A stretch of 64,000 nucleotides of DNA from Spirochaetales bacterium (GTDB lineage: Bacteria > Spirochaetota > Spirochaetia > JABEVK01): assembly GCA_037142615.1 (NCBI GenBank), contig JBAXAI010000001.1, positions 224,001 to 288,000 of the forward strand, given 5' to 3'. The position numbers were made by a program, and so were the translations under genes. Below are positions 60,406 through 64,000 of the stretch, piece by piece. Below the pieces are notes generated by a model. That model had not been told where the DNA came from and searched no databases. It saw nothing but the letters and a program-made list of their open reading frames with translations. Numbering within the stretch: the stretch's first letter is position 1; every line of letters starts with the position of its first letter.

Positions 60406-61925
60406 GCGGTAATCTCCTGTCGGACGCCAGCCATCAGCAGTCCAATCTCATTTTCGTTAGTCGTTTTGGCCTCGACAAGGCCAACCAATTCTCCGCGGCA
60501 GATCACCGCGATCCGGTCTGAAAGGTCAAGAATCTCGTCGAGTTCCAGCGAAACGAGCAGCACTGCCTTCCCCTTGTCCCGTTGTTCAACAAGTCGCTTG
60601 TGGATGTATTCGATGCTACCTACGTCGAGCCCTCGGGTTGGCTGTACAGCGATCAGCACATCAGGGTTCGAATCAATCTCGCGCCCCACGATGGCTTTCT
60701 GCTGGTTGCCTCCTGAAAGTCCTCGAGCCTTCGAACTGGCTCCTTCGCCGGATCGAACGTCAAAGGCCGTGATCAACCGCTGGGCGTTCGCGAGAATGGC
60801 AGCCGGCTGGAGGAAGCCGTTTCGGGAAAAGGGCGCCCGGTCGTGGGTTTCGAGAATGAAGTTGTCGGCCAGCGAGTAGTCGAGGATGAGCCCTCGCTTC
60901 TGCCGGTCCTCGGGAATGTGGGCCATCCCGGCCAGAATGCGGTCGCGGATCTTGGTTTTGGTGATGTCCCTGCCATCCAGGAGAATAGTACCCGACTCCG
61001 CGCTCCGAAGCCCGGTGAGCGCCTCCACCAGTTCGGTCTGACCGTTTCCTTCGACCCCCGCCACGCCGACGATTTCGCCGGCACGGACACTGAGGCTGAG
61101 GTCGCGCAGCGCTTGGATGTTGCGGCTGTTGCGAACCGTCAAGTTCCGTACTTCGAGCAACACGGCACCCGGGTTCGAGGCCGCTTTTTCCACCGAGAAT
61201 GAGACCTCGCGTCCGACCATCAGTTCGGCCATCCTCGACTCCGTCGTCGTGGCCACGTCAACGGTATCGATGACCCGGCCCCGGCGGATGACGACGCACC
61301 GGTCTGCGATGGCCTTGATCTCTTTGAGCTTGTGCGTAATGAGGATGATTGACTTCCCTTCGTGCTGGAGGTTGCGGATGATCTTGACTAGTTCCTGAAT
61401 CTCCTGGGGCGTAAGGACCGCCGTTGGCTCGTCAAAAATCAGCACGTCGGAGTTGCGGTACAGCATTTTGAGGATCTCGACGCGTTGTTGCATTCCGACC
61501 GAAATATCCTGGATCTTGGCTTCAGGATCGACGTTGAGCCCATACTTTTCCGACAGCTCACGGATCCGCCGCGAGGTGGCCGCCAAAGTGAGAACAAAAC
61601 CGATTTGGGGTTCCAGGCCGAGGATGATGTTTTCGGTCACCGTGAAGTTGTGAACCAGCTTGAAGTGCTGGTGGACCATGCCGATACCCAGGGCGTTGGC
61701 CACGTTGGGGTTGCCGATCTGCACTTCTTTGCCGCGGACGCGAATCGTGCCTTTTTCGGGCTTGTAGAGCCCGAAAAGTACGCTCATGAGCGTGCTCTTG
61801 CCGGCGCCGTTTTCGCCCAGCAGGGCCAAGACCTCACCCTTGCCCAGCGATAGGCTGATATCGTCATTGGCGACGATCCCCGGAAACTCTTTGCGGATGT
61901 GCAGCATTTCGACAACGGGTTCCAT
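60402..61925 (-). CDS. nucleoside ABC transporter ATPase (two domains)
   Basis: GENGAGKST, DEPT, LSGGNQQK, QPTRGLD. Confidence 0.93.
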   Translation of the reverse strand: MEPVVEMLHIRKEFPGIVANDDISLSLGKGEVLALLGENGAGKSTLMSVLFGLYKPEKGTIRVRGKEVQIGNPNVANALGIGMVHQHFKLVHNFTVTENIILGLEPQIGFVLTLAATSRRIRELSEKYGLNVDPEAKIQDISVGMQQRVEILKMLYRNSDVLIFDEPTAVLTPQEIQELVKIIRNLQHEGKSIILITHKLKEIKAIADRCVVIRRGRVIDTVDVATTTESRMAELMVGREVSFSVEKAASNPGAVLLEVRNLTVRNSRNIQALRDLSLSVRAGEIVGVAGVEGNGQTELVEALTGLRSAESGTILLDGRDITKTKIRDRILAGMAHIPEDRQKRGLILDYSLADNFILETHDRAPFSRNGFLQPAAILANAQRLITAFDVRSGEGASSKARGLSGGNQQKAIVGREIDSNPDVLIAVQPTRGLDVGSIEYIHKRLVEQRDKGKAVLLVSLELDEILDLSDRIAVICRGELVGLVEAKTTNENEIGLLMAGVRQEITA

Positions 61926-61961
61926 GGGAACCTCCCGGAACCATCATAAGGGCGAAATCTC

Positions 61962-61991
61962 AAAAAAAACAGGGGCATTGCTGCCCCTGTT
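61962..61991 (-). terminator. terminator between the BMP and ATPase genes
   Basis: Minus strand AACAGGGGCA-GCAA-TGCCCCTGTT followed by a T tract. Confidence 0.8.
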
Positions 61992-62022
61992 AAGAATGAA
62001 TTCCTGACGCCGGGAGTCTTGC

Positions 62023-63090
62023 TTACTTGATCAGATTGCCCTTTTCGGCGGCGACCTTGATGGTTCCCTTCTTGAGGAGGGCGAACACTTCGGCAACTTT
62101 CTTGGCGGTATCAGCCGAGAGGTTGGGGTTAATTGCGGGGATTCCCACGCCGTCGTTGGCGGCGTTGAAGGTCAACGTCTGGCCACCGGGGAACTTGCCG
62201 GCCAAGTTGGCCTTGACCATGTCGTAGGCTGCCTGGTCAATGCGCTTCATCGCCGAAGTCAAGATGATCGACTTGCTGCCCGAATAGATGCCCTGGTTGA
62301 ATTGGTCGGTATCGACGCCGACGAGCCACGCCCCCTTGGACGCGCGGGCCTTGGCCTCGTTGATCGCACCGACACCGACACCGCCAGCGGCCGCGAAAAT
62401 CACCTTGACGCCCTTGTCGTACATCTGCGCGGCGAGCTGCTGACCGGCGGCCACATCGCTGAACGTTCCCTGATAGATCACGTTCTCGGCCTTGATGCTG
62501 ACCGAAGTCTTGTAGGTCTTGTTCGCATAGTCCACACCCTGCTGGAAACCCCAGTTGAACTTCTGCACCGGGGGAATCTCCATTCCGCCGATGAATCCGA
62601 AGTCACCGGTCTTGATCTCGAGCGCAGCTGCGACGCCAGCGAGGAAGCCAGCCTCATGTTCGGCGAAGAAGATCGACACGGTGTTGGTTCCGACTTTTTC
62701 CTTGCGGGTCGCATCGAAGGCACCGTTGTTGGGGCTGCCGTCAATGAGAACGAACTTCGCGTCCTTGTACTTGTCCTGGGCGACGAAAATAGCGGTCTCA
62801 AACTTGAAGCCAGGGGTCACGATGAGCTTGTAGCCGGCATCGTTCAGGTTACCGATTTCCTTGACGTAGTCGGCCTCGGTGGTGCCGGTGGGCTTCAGGT
62901 ACTTGGGGGTATCGATCCCAAGATCGGTCTTGGCCTTGAGAATCCCTTCCCAGGTTCCTTGGTTGAACGACTTGTCGTCGATCGTGCCGGAGTCGGTCAC
63001 CATGCCTACTTTCTTGCTCTGGGCTCCGAGGGGAACCAAGGCCAACGACAGGACTGCAAAAGCCGCAAGGGCGAGTGCCATTTTCTTCAT
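62023..63090 (-). CDS. BMP-family nucleoside-binding protein
   Basis: DDKSFNQ, AAAGGVG, GVDTDQ, SAMK; AAGGAG SD. Confidence 0.92.
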   Translation of the reverse strand: MKKMALALAAFAVLSLALVPLGAQSKKVGMVTDSGTIDDKSFNQGTWEGILKAKTDLGIDTPKYLKPTGTTEADYVKEIGNLNDAGYKLIVTPGFKFETAIFVAQDKYKDAKFVLIDGSPNNGAFDATRKEKVGTNTVSIFFAEHEAGFLAGVAAALEIKTGDFGFIGGMEIPPVQKFNWGFQQGVDYANKTYKTSVSIKAENVIYQGTFSDVAAGQQLAAQMYDKGVKVIFAAAGGVGVGAINEAKARASKGAWLVGVDTDQFNQGIYSGSKSIILTSAMKRIDQAAYDMVKANLAGKFPGGQTLTFNAANDGVGIPAINPNLSADTAKKVAEVFALLKKGTIKVAAEKGNLIK

Positions 63091-63126
63091 AGATGCTCCT
63101 TTATCCTTTACAGGACATGTGGCCAC

Positions 63127-63155
63127 ATTCTAGAAACGCAGGGGTTGTGGGTCAA
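63127..63155 (-). promoter_or_regulatory. sigma70 promoter of the BMP/ABC operon
   Basis: TTGACC-17 nt-TAGAAT. Confidence 0.7.
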
Positions 63156-63251
63156 GCGTCCTACCTATACCGTTTCAACAGTTTCTCGGGCATGAAAACT
63201 TGTTTACAAGGCTTCGTGGATGCTTCAAACTGACCACAGGAGAAACCCGCC

Positions 63252-64000
63252 ATGATGGAAGATACGATTTGTTTGATCCTCGGAGGGGGACAGGGAAGCC
63301 GCCTGTTTCCGCTGACCAAAGACCGTTCCAAACCCGCAGTTCCGATCGGTGGCAAGTTCCGCCTGATCGACATCCCGATTTCCAACAGCCTGAACTCTGA
63401 GATCTTCAAGATTCTGATCCTCACACAGTTCAACTCCGCGTCGCTCAACCAGCACATTAATCAGACCTATCGTTTTGACAGCTTCCACGATGGCTTTGTC
63501 GATATTTTGGCGGCCGAGCAGACCATGGAGAACGCCGACTGGTATCAAGGCACCGCCGATGCTGTCCGCAAGACCATCAAGCACTTCACCTCGTTCAAGA
63601 ATGTCAAGCACGTGCTCATTCTTTCGGGCGACCAGATCTACACGATGGACTTCCGCGAGATGTTCCGCTATCACGAGCAGACCAATGCCAACCTCACGGT
63701 TTCCGTGCTTCCGTGCAACCGTGACGACGCCAAGGGCTTTGGCATCGTCAAAATGCGCGACGGGCTCATCAATGAGTTTGTGGAAAAACCCAAGGAAGAC
63801 CGACTGCTTGACAGTCTGAAGACCACCGACTTCATCCGGCAGACCTTTCCCAAGATCGAGCCCGGCAAAGAATGGCTGGCCTCCATGGGCATCTATCTGT
63901 TCAACGTCGAAACTCTTCTTGAGCTCCTCGACAACGATCACAAGGACTTTGGAAAGGAAGTCATTCCCAAGGCCATCAAAACCAAGCGGGTCGGTGGGTA
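63252..64000 (+). CDS. glgC: glucose-1-phosphate adenylyltransferase (3' partial)
   Basis: LGGGQGSRLFPLTKDRSKPAVP, QFNSASLNQH, WYQGTADAVR, ASMGIY. Confidence 0.95.
   Translation, partial: MMEDTICLILGGGQGSRLFPLTKDRSKPAVPIGGKFRLIDIPISNSLNSEIFKILILTQFNSASLNQHINQTYRFDSFHDGFVDILAAEQTMENADWYQGTADAVRKTIKHFTSFKNVKHVLILSGDQIYTMDFREMFRYHEQTNANLTVSVLPCNRDDAKGFGIVKMRDGLINEFVEKPKEDRLLDSLKTTDFIRQTFPKIEPGKEWLASMGIYLFNVETLLELLDNDHKDFGKEVIPKAIKTKRVGG

Overview
Core-genome window of a GC-rich spirochaete-like bacterium (inferred from the rpsB-tsf-frr-uppS-cdsA-rseP order, the long thymidine kinase and the BMP transporter). It holds a purB-guaB-purA-guaA operon, sugar and lipid genes, the rpsF-ssb-rpsR-rplI-dnaB cluster, translation genes, comM-htrA-uvrB, pdxST, a chemosensory operon, an ankyrin lipoprotein, nucleoside salvage and transport genes, and a partial glgC. 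Reading the DNA directly adds items missing from the ORF track: tRNA-Gly(TCC), tRNA-Arg(CCG), two 58-aa ORFs and several operator-like palindromes. Most notable: (1) a degenerate DUF4037-like nucleotidyltransferase fused to an intact RNase HI; (2) about 11 operon-leading genes with a -10 box only 5-7 nt before the ATG, suggesting widespread leaderless mRNAs; (3) a CheW-less chemosensory operon with a double-Hpt CheA; (4) a decayed integrase plus MNT-HEPN islet at the 3' end of tRNA-Arg; (5) a small-ORF locus with palindromic operators after tRNA-Gly. No CRISPR array or rRNA was seen. All calls come from motif recognition; no database search was run.
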